Part shown: one piece after another, positions 40,621 to 53,619 of the stretch | Layout of the letters: every line of letters starts with the position of its first letter | Numbering within the stretch: position 1 is the stretch's first letter | Source of the DNA: Eledone cirrhosa | Lineage: Eukaryota | DNA length: 64,000 nucleotides | Assembly (NCBI GenBank): GCA_964016885.1 | Contig: OZ024741.1 | Location: 284,890,001 to 284,954,000 of the forward strand | Direction: 5' to 3' | The notes under the pieces: generated by a model | What the model was told of the DNA's origin: nothing | The model's database searches: none | What the model saw: the letters and a program-made list of their open reading frames with translations, nothing else | Made by a program: the position numbers and the translations under genes

Positions 40621-41246
40621 AACATTGCAACAGTTTCAGTATCTAGATTCATTATATGTTTTTGTATCTTGTTGAGTCTAATATATAAAGTCAAGATGCT
40701 GCAGTCATCCCTTCCTTGATGACTCATTATGATAGAGAGTGCGTGACAAAATGGTTAAGGCGTTCGCCTCATGATCTTAAGTTCATGAGTTTCATTCCTT
40801 GAGCAGCGTTGTGTCCTTTATTTCCCATTGCTCCAAAAATGAGTTGTTATATTCATATTTAGTAAACAAAGTATAGTAAGCAAACATACATTCAAAGGTA
40901 AACGTAATTTTACCTATATTATAATAAGTAAATCCACTTCTATTGCTTATACTACGGTTTTGGACGACAAAGAATAAATACTAATTGCCATAATTAAAAT
41001 GGTTAATCAGTAGATTAAGACAATTATAATTGGATTTACTTATTATAATGTGAGTAAAATTGTGTTTGCCTTTAAATATATTTTTGCTTATTATGCTCTG
41101 TTTTAATAAATATAAATATTATTATACCTTAATAATATTGTGTAATTGATTCTCGTGAAAATTTGGATTTTAGCCATTAATATTCATTGAGATTTTTATG
41201 GATAAAGATAATTTAATTCGATCAATATATATATAAATATGTATGT

Positions 41247-41310
<64 letters not shown>

Positions 41311-41868
41311 ATATATATACATTTATATATTTTATATTGTATTATATTACATTATATTGTATTATTCATTTTGAACGTCAAAATATTTTATTCGTATTTC
41401 CCAATAGAAAAAGAAACAACGAATTGATTGAATCGCTTCATTCCGGAAAACGAATAAAACTCCATAGCTTCTTATATCAATCAGTAGTTGTATCTACTTC
41501 TAAATTGATGACATCCATGTTGTCTCACCCTTTTCTATACAACTCATTAAAAAAATGTATAAATTATATGAAGTTTGAAACATGTTAAAACATATGTGAT
41601 GTAACTGATACCCATTGTGCTAATGAGTTTATAATTAGTTCATCTCCAGGGAAGAAATAAAAAGGATACATGCTAATGAATATTTTCAAGGAATATATAC
41701 GAAGTAGGGACGCGCAGCCATAGTTGCTTCTGTAAGGAGTTAATTTCACAACAACATGGTTACACGTTTCATCCCACTATATACATTTTGGGCTAGTAGA
41801 TTCTACTACACCTTCGGATTATACAATGCCTTGTTAGTGAAATTTGATTGACGGAAAATGTGTAGAAC

Positions 41869-41928
<60 letters not shown>

Positions 41929-41932
<4 letters not shown>

Positions 41933-42004
41933 AAGTATGACCCCGACGGCAGAGCTCAAGCCGTTTCGGCGGCTATTTCTGGACTAAAGTCAGTTTGCCA
42001 TCAC
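41929..42004 (-). mobile_element. Family F solo arm with extra upstream sequence
   Basis: GACCCCGACGGCAGAGCTCAAGCCGTTTCGGCGGCTATTTCTGGACTA; its last 15 nt are inverted at ~42096-42110. Confidence 0.75.
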
Positions 42005-42131
42005 ATATATATAAATTTGCCATTTATATATATATAAATTTGAGCGACCCCCGTCCGTCCTTCCGTCACACACTAGAGATGATTGAGGAAGGAAGGTGAT
42101 GGCAAACTGAAAATAACGCTTAACATTCACT

Positions 42132-42320
42132 TATGCAGCTGCAACCACTGGTGTTATGACTACCTCATACTACTCCCCTCTCTTTACGTATGATGCAGCC
42201 TGCTACCACTGTTGTTACGACTACCTCATACTACTCCTCTCTATTTACGTCTGATGCAGGCTGCTATCACTCTTGTTGTGACTACCTCATGCTACTCTTT
42301 ACGTCTGATGCAAACTGCTT
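42132..42320. repeat. Minisatellite, ~59-bp unit, ~3 copies
   Basis: TGATGCAG..GACTACCTCAT.CTACTC..TTTACGT repeated. Confidence 0.8.
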
Positions 42321-42549
42321 CCACACATATGCACTTACGTGTCAACGTGTTGAAAGCGGAAAAATTTACACGCATTTTAACAAGGTGCATTGAAGCTCAA
42401 TATATTAGTCCGGTCAGATCATGCAGGAATCAAAATCCATTGTAATCCATAGAAAATGAGACTGCTAGTTAAATACAATGAAAATCACAGAGCATAGATA
42501 TACAATTCAGAAGGAATAACCAGAACTTTTACTCAGTTAAAACCATTTA

Positions 42550-42660
42550 TTTCTACGACCGTTTCGATAAAGAGAAATATAGTACCAATATAATGAATTA
42601 ATTAATCACTTAATTAATTATTTATATGGTATAAAAATTGCTCATATTCTCATCAGGAAA
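42550..42660 (-). ncRNA. Hammerhead motif with ~84-nt AU-rich helix II
   Basis: TTTC-CTGATGA-(GA..GAG..TACCA..AATTAATTAA gtga TTAATTAATT..TGGTA..CTC..TC)-GAAA-CGGTCG-TA-GAAA. Confidence 0.7.
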
Positions 42661-43274
42661 ATATGGATTAATTTGGTGAGGCACTTTCTTATTACGTAAG
42701 CAAGCATTCAAGGAGCGAAAGAAAACAAGGAATAACCTAGGTGATTTGTGTGGATTTGTGAAACAAGGATAACCTAGGTGATTTGTGTGGTGAAAAATGG
42801 CACATAAATTTAAGAATTGTACGGGAAAATATTGTCTGGGAATTAACAAATTTTGGAAAGAAATTAAACAGAACAGAAATTCCAACCTTGCGTTGATACG
42901 TAAAAACACCGGCGAAAATACGGCGACTTAATATTAATCACACCGTCTTTGCATTAACTATGTTTTTATTAAGTATCAACAAGTGGTTGGAATTTAAAAA
43001 GAAAATGTTTATATATGGGTTCATTCTTCATTAGAAGAATTCGCTACGCAGAACGAAAATAATATTTAAAACATGTGCATTGATAAACATTACGGTGTTA
43101 GGCATATCTAGTGATATTATCCATGATTTTCTATACATAAATATCGTGTACTTACAATAATTCGCGTGAAGATTTATCACATATAAAGGCATTTTCTATT
43201 TAAATACGTGTTGATACGTACAAAACGTAGTAAATACAAAAAAACAAAAAACAAAAACAAAAAAAAAACGGATT

Positions 43275-43912
43275 ATCACAAGGCCAGCAATTCTATAAGA
43301 AAGGAAGATCGATTATATTGACCCCAGCAATTGACTGGTTCTTTACTTTATCCACTGCAGAAGGATAAAAGGCATAGTTGAACTTGGAAGGATTCGAACT
43401 CAGAATGGAAAAAGCCAGAATAAATGTTATAAAGCATTTGTTCGATGCTCAAACGGATTCTGCCAATCCGCCACAATAATATTGATAATTGTTTCTACTT
43501 TTGGCACAAGGCCAGCAATTACCCAGTGCATTACTGGTACTTTATTTTATCGACCCCATAAGGATGAAAGGCAAAATTAACCTCAGTGTGATTTGAATTC
43601 AGAATAGCAAGGGCCGTAACTCTATGCGTCAAAGCATGGTGTCCGGCCCTCTACCGATACTGCGAATCCACCAATAATACCGGTGTGTTAGTGAAGGTGG
43701 CAGTGGAACTGGTAATGGGGGTATTTGTAATAATTGTTTCTACTTTTGGCACAAGGTCAGCAAATACACAGTACATTACTGGTACTTTATTTTATCGACC
43801 TCGTAAGGATGAAAGGCAAAGTTAACCTCGGCGGGATTTGAACTCAGATCGTAAAGGGACGTAACTATGCTGGAAAGCATGTCCGACCCTCAACCGATAC
43901 TGCCAATCCACC
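43275..43912 (-). mobile_element. Three SINE family A copies
   Basis: 43275-43475 (old), 43486-43672 and 43730-43912. Confidence 0.85.
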
Positions 43913-44279
43913 GGGTATTTATAATAATGATGTTGATGGCGATGATGACGATGATGGGGACTATGATGACGATGGATGAGGCGGTGTTGGAAGAGAATGC
44001 ATTGTGGTAGTTTTCTACAGAAATACCAATAACTAGTGTAAAATGTAATAATCTTTCTAAAATCTGAGATTATAATGTGTCAATAGTCCCGCATATGACC
44101 CCTACACATTGTGTCTTCTATTCAAACATTTCTATCGAAGAACCCTTCTAGACATAATCTTACAAACTTGCCTTAATCCGTTTTCCATTTTCCCACTTCA
44201 GTAACGCATTATATTTTGACATTTTATTGGCTTTTTATCAATATCTAAGTTCTTCACAGCTATTTATATATTTTGATAG

Positions 44280-44610
44280 TATGGCGTTGTTGAAGCAACA
44301 GTGTGATGTGATGTGATGTATTGTGGAAGGGCAGAGTGGTGTGGTGCGGTGGAAATGGTAGTGTTGTGTGATAACTTTGAGACAATAATGTGGTATGGCG
44401 TGTTTTTGAACGGCAATATGGTGTGATGTTGTGTGACTGGGATGACAGTATGGTGTAGCGTGATGTAGTGTGATGTGGTTTGGTGTGATGAGGTGTATGC
44501 TGTGGCGTGGTGTGATATGATGTGGAACGCTGTGCTGTGATGTGGTGCGTTGTGTTGTGGTATGGTGTGATATGTGGTGTAGTGTGTTGTGGTTGGAACA
44601 GCAATATGTG
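44280..44610. repeat. Degenerate (TGTGR)n pentamer repeat
   Basis: Read directly. Confidence 0.8.
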
Positions 44611-44722
44611 TGATGCGGTTAGATAAACATGTCCACTTATTAAAGTAATATGTCTCGTTGGTTTTTTTTTTCCATTTTTACCGTTATGATTGGTGATTTT
44701 GCGTAATTTTGCTTTTCTTATT

Positions 44723-45001
44723 GTTACGTTAGATTATTTGGACAGTGAAGTGCCTGACTTGGTATATTAGTTATTACTCTAAATATATTTCTGTTACTTT
44801 CCTTTCAGTTCTTAGTTCAAACATAGACGTCCTCTCAATATAATGAAATAATAGTCAAGTACTGGCGTCATATTACGTTAGAATATTTGGATAGTGAAGT
44901 GACTGACTTAGTATGTTAGTTATTACTTTAAATATATTTCTGTTACTTTCTTTTCAATTCTGAGTTCAAATATAGACGTCTTCTCAATAAAATAAAATAA
45001 T
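44723..45001 (+). repeat. Tandem duplication (~149-bp period) of a decayed SINE-like unit
   Basis: 44723-44852 matches 44872-45001; contains TTCTGAGTTCAAA. Confidence 0.75.
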
Positions 45002-46036
45002 AAACATGTAACCACACCACTATCCCTCCCTCCCCGTAAATAATTGTGTGCTTCGTAGAAATCCAGAGTAGCAGTTGGCTTGGCAAGATGGCAATAGTGG
45101 TCTTCATTTATAGTCCTTTATTATGATTATTTTACTGAACATGACACACCCCTTGCTTTGATTAAATTCCAACAGTATGTTCTGAGTTCATGTCCCGTCA
45201 AGGTAAATTTTGTCTTAGATCCTTCCAAGTTCGATAACATGAAATGCTAGTCAAATACTGGAGTTGATATAATTATTATCGTGATAAATTGGTAGAATGT
45301 TTAGAGTGTCGGATAATATGATATGTGATATTTGCTCCGGATTTTACATTCTGAGTTCAAATCTCGCTGAGACCAGTTTTTTCTTTCATATTTCCAGAGT
45401 CAATAAAATAAGTACCAGTCAAATACTGGAGCCGATATAATCAGCTTTCTCCTTCCTCTAAATTGTTGGTCATGTACCCTGGCTAGAAAGAATTATTTTT
45501 ACTAGAAGTAATACTAGTCTTTTTTATATTGCCTACTTCCGCTGCACAAACGAGCTCAGCTATGGATGGCATCGGTGCGTATAGTTAGGGGGATTTTCTT
45601 ATTATTATATTGTATTAAAGTACCATGCGTAATATATATATATATTATCAAATACGCAGGGTCCGTCAACCTCTTATTATATATATATTTAAGGTGTTCG
45701 CTCCATCGTAGCTGTATAGTTATAAGTATGTGTATGTTGTAGATCTAACGATATACGATATGTTTACGAATAAAGATTTGAAAGCATTTAGCTATGAATC
45801 TTTGAAGCTGATGACGTAGCGCCATCTACCGGATTCCAGCAGAAGCGGGGGAAGGTAACTGTAGACGATCGTTTCTGACTCTGATCGTTATCAAAACAGT
45901 GCTCCTTTACCCTGATCTCTGTTGGAATTCAATCTAGGCGAAAACATATAGTTTTGACGCCTATATACATGGGTTGTTTAGTCTCATTTACATATGGATC
46001 TGTCGGCCGGCTCGGTCAGAAAATACAATTAATCGT

Positions 46037-46093
<57 letters not shown>

Positions 46094-46549
46094 CGATATA
46101 CTGGCGTCGATATGATCGAGTAAATCCCTTTAAGAGAATGCTCTAGCATAGCTGGAGTCAAATGACTGAAACCAGTAAAAGAATATGAGAATTAGCTCAA
46201 TATACAGACTACGGTGAAATACTTTGGAAGTAATGAAATCGTTAGAGTACAACACACAGAAATGTATGAATTGAGCTGGAAAGAATATTATTATTGATTT
46301 GGATTACCATATAAATCAGAACTAAATGACAACAAAAATGTAATAACCATCAATAATCTAGCTATTCCAGAAATAATTTATAGATATAATATTCTAAATG
46401 GACAGTAAATGGATTAACACGGCTAGACAGGAAAGCAAGAAATATAATGAATCTCTTCTCCCTTTCTATGCCTATCTTTATTTCTATCTATCTAATTATC
46501 TATCTGTCTGTTTGTCTATCTATCTATTTATCTGTCTATCTATCTATCT

Positions 46550-48905
46550 TCAGCTCCTACCTCGACGGCGTACAACGACTCTCGAGCACGGATGCGGAGA
46601 GCTGCGAAAGACCGATCACAGCGGGCAAAATAGAATATGCCCTAGGCCGCTATGGGAAACGCAAATCACCCGGTTTAGATGGTCTACCCTATGAGTTTTA
46701 CATAGGCATGCCAGACTTGTTCTCTGGCGTCCTCAAAGCGGTCTACTGCAACTAGCAGCAGAACGGGAGGATTCCCAGCTCTGTAGGCAGAGGCGTAGTA
46801 ACCTTGATCAGGAAAGATGAGAACAAGGGGGATGAGATAAGCAGTTTCAGGCCCATAACTCTGCTCAACACAGAGTTAAAGATTTTGGCCAAGGTGTTAG
46901 CAGCGAGGCTGGCGCTTGTCGTCGAGAACCTGGTAGGGGAAGCGCAAACGTGTGCAATCTCGACCAGGTCCATACACGAAAACCTCCACCTCATGCGATA
47001 CATCATAGAGAGGGTAGGGTGTAAACCTGGCTTCGGTGGGGCTTTGATCAATTTAGATCAGTCTAAGGCATTTGATAGGGTCGACCATAAATACTTGGAA
47101 GCAGTTCTCAATGCGGTCGGCTTCGGTCCCGTCTTCAGAGGCTGGATCGCTGCCATGCACACCAGCATCTGCTCGGCAGTCAAGGTGAATGGCTACCTAT
47201 CAGAGCCATTTCAAATCATGCGTTCCACCCGTCAGGAATGCCCTCCCTCCTCCATTCTGTATGTACTGCGGAATTTGGCGCTGTTGCAGAGCATCCCGAT
47301 CGAACCAGGACTGCCTATGCCGACGACATAACCGTAATGGTGTCAAAAACCTCGGAAATCTGAGTAATCGGCAACCTATTACAGGAATACGAAACGTTGA
47401 CAGGAGCAAGACTAAACCCAAACAAGTCTGTCGGTTTGCAGCTCTGCACATGGAGAGGCAAACCCATGCCTTCCGACAGTGTCGTTGTACGCTGGACGGA
47501 AGGACCGGTGAAGTTGCTCGGGGTCTGGTTTGGTCCAGACCTCCAGGAGGACAAGAACTGGAACGAGGTCACGGCGAAGGTGTTTGCACTCACCCAGAAG
47601 TGGGCTGAGCGCAAACTCTCCTTGAAAGGTCGAGCGGAGGTGGCGAATACTTACATAGCGTCCGTCATCTACTACCGGTTGACAGTCGTGCCTTGACCCA
47701 GCGAATACCCTACCAAAATGGAACGCCTACTCTTCAAGTTCCTCTGGAAGAAACAGGCTCCTTTGGTGAGGAGATCCATCTGCTGTCAACACCCTTCTAA
47801 CGGAGGGCTGGGCATGCCGTGGCTGATGATGCGCAAACACCCGCTGAGGCTACGCCATCTCCAGGTATTCCTAACCGGTGAACAGGTGTGGCTGTCGTTT
47901 GTGAGACGATCTCTTCCACAACTGGTCTCACTAACAGAGCTGCAGTCCTGGGTCAAGCGAAGACCTCGAGTGCCTACAGGCGCTCACAGCCCTCTACCAA
48001 GCGGAAACGGCAATCAGCGGAGACTCCACTTCGATATTCTATAGGGGATTAGTGGAGGATAAGTGCGACGGCGTTCTCGGGGAAGCTCTAGGCATCGAGG
48101 ACGAACTGACCAGTCTGTCCGGGAGGACTTTCTGTCCAGGGCCTATGGATAACTTCCAGAGGTCTTTGGCCTAGCAGTGCTACCGAGGAGCTCTACCAGT
48201 TCGAGACAAAATCTACTGGCAAGGACGCCCTGGCAGAGATCCTGCCAAAAGGACCTGTCCAAGATGCGAGCAGGAGATCGAAACCGTTCTACACACAATT
48301 GTTCAGTGCCCAGGGGTGACCGACCTGTGGAATTATGTCGAACAGCTACTGTCACGTGTGGGATGCATCCATTTGTCAGCCGAGTCCATCGTGAGGATCA
48401 CCCCGCCGCCTTCATTTAAGAATGAAGGAGAGGCGGTTTTCTTCTGTCTGGTGTCTATGGCGAAAGAGGTAATATGGTGAACGAGGTTAAAAGGACTGAG
48501 AGCAAACACCTTTCTCTCTGGACAACAACTTATCCCCTTCTTTAAGTATCACTTCAGAAGGAAGGTGAGAGTGGAGAGAGAGAGGTGCTACACCCCAGTA
48601 AATTCGCTGAAAGGTGGGTGAATGTGGCGAAAAGGGTCCGAGTGAATGGGCCTTCTCTGTATATAAACCTGTAGGTTGAGAAAGATAAACAGAGGGAAGA
48701 CAGGAACACCTACAAAACGTGTTCCTGGTGTTGAGGGTTGTTCTATCCACGGGGTGTAAAACAACCCTATTGGGGATTTCAATTGTTATTTTATTATATA
48801 TAGTTTATTATTATTTATTAATATTAAAGTTATTTTTATGTAAAATCCCGCCGTCACGTCTTGTAATGTCCCATTTTTGTACGCCCCTGTGGCAAATAAA
48901 GAAAG
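46550..48905 (+). mobile_element. Tx1/L1-clade LINE ORF2 (RT to 3' end), decayed, in (ATCT)n
   Basis: KSPGLDGLPYEFY, FRPITLLNTELKILAK, LDQSKAFDRVDH, AYADD (GCCTATGCCGACGAC), KLLGVWF; same family as 35158-36566. Confidence 0.93.
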
Positions 48906-48942
48906 ATATCTATCTAATTATCTATCTGTATGTTTGTCTATC

Positions 48943-48975
<33 letters not shown>

Positions 48976-49038
48976 TTATCTCTATCTCTATCTATCTCTA
49001 TCTCTCTCTGTATATATATATATATACATATATATATA

Positions 49039-49099
<61 letters not shown>

Positions 49100-49254
49100 C
49101 GATTTAATTGCTTTTTATATACATTCCTTTTAGTTCTTTCTATCTATTTTGATTTTCATGTATATTTTTATTACTAACTTTCTCGTCCTTTCAGGTTTTT
49201 CCGGTTTACTCCCACCCCACCCCTCACCTCCTCTCGGAATTCCTCCTTACTCTC

Positions 49255-49285
49255 CTGATGAAGGACTTATGTCTGAAACGCCGTA
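49255..49285 (+). ncRNA. Hammerhead-like core in a PLE 3' remnant
   Basis: CTGATGA-A-GGAC ttat GTCT-GAAA-CGCCG-TA; helix I does not pair. Confidence 0.5.
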
Positions 49286-49364
49286 ATCTCCCCCATTTTC
49301 ACCAAGCGTGAAGCTAATAACACTATGTACTATTGGCCCCTGTGTTTGTTTGTTTGTCATTTTG

Positions 49365-49414
<50 letters not shown>

Positions 49415-49416
<2 letters not shown>

Positions 49417-49746
49417 AGTGTTTCCGTAGGAAAGGTAAAGGAAAGGAGATGGCTCTATGTAGGCTACAGAGTTATTTAGTTTTGTAATAAACAACATAAG
49501 ACAATTATTCCATTTAACAAAGGTTTCACGAAGATAGACGAGCTCGACACAGACGTCTGTCTTCGTGAAACCTTTGGTAAATGGAATAATTGACTTATTT
49601 TGATTTTTACATAACTAAATAGCTCTGTAGCATACATAGAGCACTCTCCTTTCTTTTACCTTTCCTACAATTTGAGACGTCTGTGTCGAGCTCGTCTGTC
49701 TTCGTGAAACCTTTGGTAAATCGAATAATTGTTTTATGTTGTTTAT

Positions 49747-49749
<3 letters not shown>
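49415..49749. mobile_element. Three-armed fold-back/tandem mini-element in (TA)n
   Basis: Minus arm with tail 49415-49558, plus arm with tail 49559-49670, second plus arm 49675-49749. Confidence 0.8.
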
Positions 49750-49778
<29 letters not shown>

Positions 49779-49780
<2 letters not shown>

Positions 49781-50356
49781 AGAGTATTGAAGTTTGCTTG
49801 AAGCATTGTGGAATAATAAATAAATATCTTTAAGTCGTTTGGAAGCCTCGACAATGCAAATGGGTAAATCTCCGGGTAACAAGATCCGGTGGTGGAGAGA
49901 GAGATGTAAGTGGGTGTACGTTGAGATGCGTGGTGTGTAAAGATGTGTAAATGTGTAAAGAAGGGAAGAGTATAAAGGATAAAATAAAAATAACAACACA
50001 AGAGAGAGTTACCTTGGGAGAGATTTAATAGTCCCTATATTCAAATATTCAAAACAACAAACAGCGGAGGATGCGTTTCGCACCTGTCCGACAGACAACC
50101 TTTACCCCGGAAAAAAACCCCAGTTGATGGATGTGAATCCGAAATATATAGGGACTATTAAATCTCTCCCAAGGTAACTCTCTCTTGTGTTGTTATTTTT
50201 ATTTTATCCTTTATACTCTTCCCTTCTTTACACATTTACACATCTTTACACACCACGCATCTCAACGTACACCCACTTACATCTCTCTCTCCACCACCGG
50301 ATCTTGTTACCCGGAGATTTACCCATTTGCATTGTCGAGGCTTCCAAACGACTTAA

Positions 50357-50362
<6 letters not shown>
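49779..50362. mobile_element. Fold-back element: tail 49779-49823, ~217-bp arms 49824-50040 / 50146-50362
   Basis: Identical ORF translations on opposite strands. Decayed hammerhead at 50118-50153: CCC-CAGTTGA-T-GGAT gtga ATCC-GAAA-TATA-TA-GGG. Confidence 0.88.
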
Positions 50363-50408
<46 letters not shown>

Positions 50409-50410
<2 letters not shown>

Positions 50411-50530
50411 CAAAGAAAGTGTATTAAGGAACCAGGTGGATCATAACGCACCAGAGTACTCGATACTTAGTGTAGTAGAGTGGGTAATAGTAAAAGATTC
50501 AGGACCCTCGGGTCCTGAATCTTTTATTAT
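50409..50530 (-). mobile_element. Family F mini-element with short hairpin
   Basis: Tail plus AAAAGATTCAGGACCC tc GGGTCCTGAATCTTTT. Confidence 0.85.
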
Positions 50531-50542
50531 ATATATATATAT

Positions 50543-50582
<40 letters not shown>

Positions 50583-51589
50583 GCACACACTTATATAATC
50601 GATCTTTCTTTGTTATAACAAAGAAATATCAGCTGCTGTAGTTTACGTCTATCAGATTTAATTTGTTGAACACATTGGTCAACTTGAGATAAAAGAGACT
50701 TGCCCGACACCCCACATGAGGCCATGTAGTTGCGAAGCGAATAATTTAGCATCCAGCCATACCCAAACTTATATTTATCTTTTTACATTAACATTTCAGA
50801 TAAGACAGTCGATACTTCACATTTATAATAATTTCTATAGTCAGATATTATACAATAATTTCTATTCAGTGAGGTGTAACTGGCGATCCTGAGCTGCAGC
50901 AGTTGCTGCTTCTGTTGCTGTTGCTGCTGCTATTGCTGATGTTGCTGCTGCTGTTGCTTCTGTTTTTAACGTCAGATAATATCTGATCGATTTGACCTAT
51001 GATCAAATTGATCAAATTGATCAAATTCGATACAATTTTAACGATAAACCTTGCTTTTCGCAGAAAGTGAATCTGGAACTACATAATCGAATATTAACAT
51101 TTTTTGTTAAGAAGGTAGGGTGGGATGCACGAAAGGTTTTGCTGCAAATGATTTTTTTTTCCTTTTTAGATAGAGAGTCTAAATAGAGATGCCCTCTATG
51201 ATTCACCTTAATTGTAATCCGGTGGAGAATTACGGGAGGTTATTATCGACAGTGTCTACTTGTTGTCAAGAATAAGTAGCGTGACCTGATAGGGCTATTA
51301 AATTATTGTAGAGTAAACCTTCACTTATTGACTCGAACTGCTAAATATAGGAGACGAATCTCCTTCAAACTCCACTCTACTGCCTTAAAAAAGGAACAAC
51401 ACAGATACCATAGTCATACATACCCATTAAAGACGGAATGGTCACGACAGGAATCGTAGATACGGACCTAGACAACAATTGCTCAATTTTGTTGCTAGTT
51501 CGTCTTGTATCATACACTGCTTCACTGATCGGTTTCTTCCCTAACCCTTCAGAATCATATTGAACATTATAGTAATGTTTAACATTATA

Positions 51590-51905
51590 ATAATTGTTTC
51601 TATTTTCAGGCACAAGGCCAGCAATTACCCAGTACATTACTGGTACTTTATTTTATCGACCCCGTAAGGATGAAACGCAAAGTTATAATAATATGTGTAT
51701 AACATTATTAGAATGGCGATGGATTGGCAGTATCGGTAGAGAGTTGACGCCATGCTTTGCAGCAAAGAGTTACGGCCCTTTATGATCTGAGTTCAAATCC
51801 CGCCGAGGTTAACTTTGCCTTTCATCCTTACGGGGTTGATAAAATAAAGTACCAGTAATACTCTGGGATAATTGCTGGCTTTGCGCCAAAAGTAGAAACA
51901 ATTAT
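51590..51905. mobile_element. Divergent pair of SINE family A copies
   Basis: 51590-51685 (-, partial) and 51715-51905 (+). Confidence 0.85.
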
Positions 51906-52848
51906 TAGAATACATAGTATTATTCAGCCAAATCTGTTTCAGAATATGTGACAATATGGTATGGTATGGTCCGGTAATGCCAGATGTCAATACGGCATTT
52001 CTTGGGCATTTTAAACCTGGCGGAGCCCAACCCAGCAGATTTCTTCCAGAGAAGGATAGAAAGTGAGAGAAAAAGGTAGTGAGAAAGAGATATCGAGGAA
52101 GAAACGACCCCAGTACTAGACTGTTAATATTTTTAATCGACCTCGAATAGATGAAAGGCAAATTTGAAATCGGTAGGATTTGAAATCAGAGAGCAGAAAG
52201 CCGGACCGAATATCACAAAGCACACTATCCAACGACTCTGCCAATTAGTCGCCTACATGTAATAATATACACACGAGATATACCTACGTCTATTTTTGGT
52301 GTTTCTTGAAGAAATCCAGCTTTTCCTAGTTGCTATGGAAACATGTGTACATCTATAACTTTTGAAGAATCGAGAGTTTCTAATTAAATATTTTCTTATG
52401 CCACTTATAATTGATGACACAGGAAATAATTAAACCATTGCTGTCAACGTTCAATGACTGAATTTATTTGCTATACGATCATTTATCCTGGCCAGATTCC
52501 ATCCCTATATCAACTGTACAAAACGTGACAAAATCTAATTGTCTTTTGGCGGCTGGAAATATTTGTTTGTTGTCGCTTATCTACAATAAACCACCGCTCG
52601 AATCAATTGTTTCATCTTTCCTTCTTCGAGCTGATTTCTACTGAACTGACAAGTAGTCCACTGCAACGGCAATTACCGATACGTAGATATCATCAAATTC
52701 AAGTGAACAAAAACCAACAAAGACTTATAGGTGTAAGCATGTTTGTATGGTTAAGGAGTTCGCTTCGTAACCACGGAAACTTTTATCCACGAATTGAACA
52801 ATGCATTCTGAGTAAAATATCATAGGCCTATATTGTGTTGAAGTATGC

Positions 52849-52932
<84 letters not shown>

Positions 52933-52974
52933 ATAAAAAGTGTAAGTTAACCGGTTAAAATTAACTTCACTTAT

Positions 52975-53391
52975 TCACTTTCGGCCTCCACTCGCTTTTC
53001 TGTCGCTACAGTGCCGGCAGCCTCCCACGCCATCCTGCTCTGAATGAGATCATAAAGCATGGGTTGGATGCTGCAGGCTTCCCCTCCCAGCTCGAGCCGG
53101 TGGGGCTGGCCTGAGGGGACGGCAAAAAGCCAGACGGCATGACCATCTTCCCGTTCCTCTCGATTGGGATGCCACTTACAGCGACACATTCTCCAGCGGC
53201 AATCTGGTGCCATCTGCGACTAACCTAGGTTCTGCTGCACTTCGGGCTGAGGAGGGTAAACTCTCCAAGTATCGGTCGCTCTCCGACAGATTTGTAGTCG
53301 ATCCCCTAGCAGTGGAGACTTCTGGTGTCCTTGGCCCTAGGGCTACCTCCCTACTTACCACCATAGGTGCTGAGCTGGCTAGCCGCTGGTG
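52975..53391 (+). pseudogene. CRE-like non-LTR restriction-like endonuclease fragment
   Basis: LEPVGLA*GDGKKPDGMTIFPF..WDAT..DTF; GSAA..AEE.K.SKY..PLAVETSGVLGP. Confidence 0.75.
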
Positions 53392-53393
53392 TA

Positions 53394-53619
53394 CAGCGTC
53401 AGTTGTCCGTAAGGAAGGTATGTTCTTCAGATGCTTGCATTCGTTCATTCTAATTCATATGCCACCAGTTCGGAACTGGACATTATGTCAACACCACACT
53501 TCGGAACTGGGCATTATGTCCAAAACAACAAACTTACCTCTTCAGCTTAAGATGAGGAAAAAATGAGACTAGTTATAAGTAATTATGAATCATTACCTCC
53601 TTACGGACAACTGACGCTG
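53394..53619. mobile_element. Tc1/mariner-type MITE with TA target duplication
   Basis: TA-CAGCGTCAGTTGTCCGTAAGGA ... TCCTTACGGACAACTGACGCTG-TA. Confidence 0.85.

Noticed and set aside
45788-45830. CTGATGA followed by a GTAG/CTAC stem
   Set aside because: No GAAA or helix III follows.
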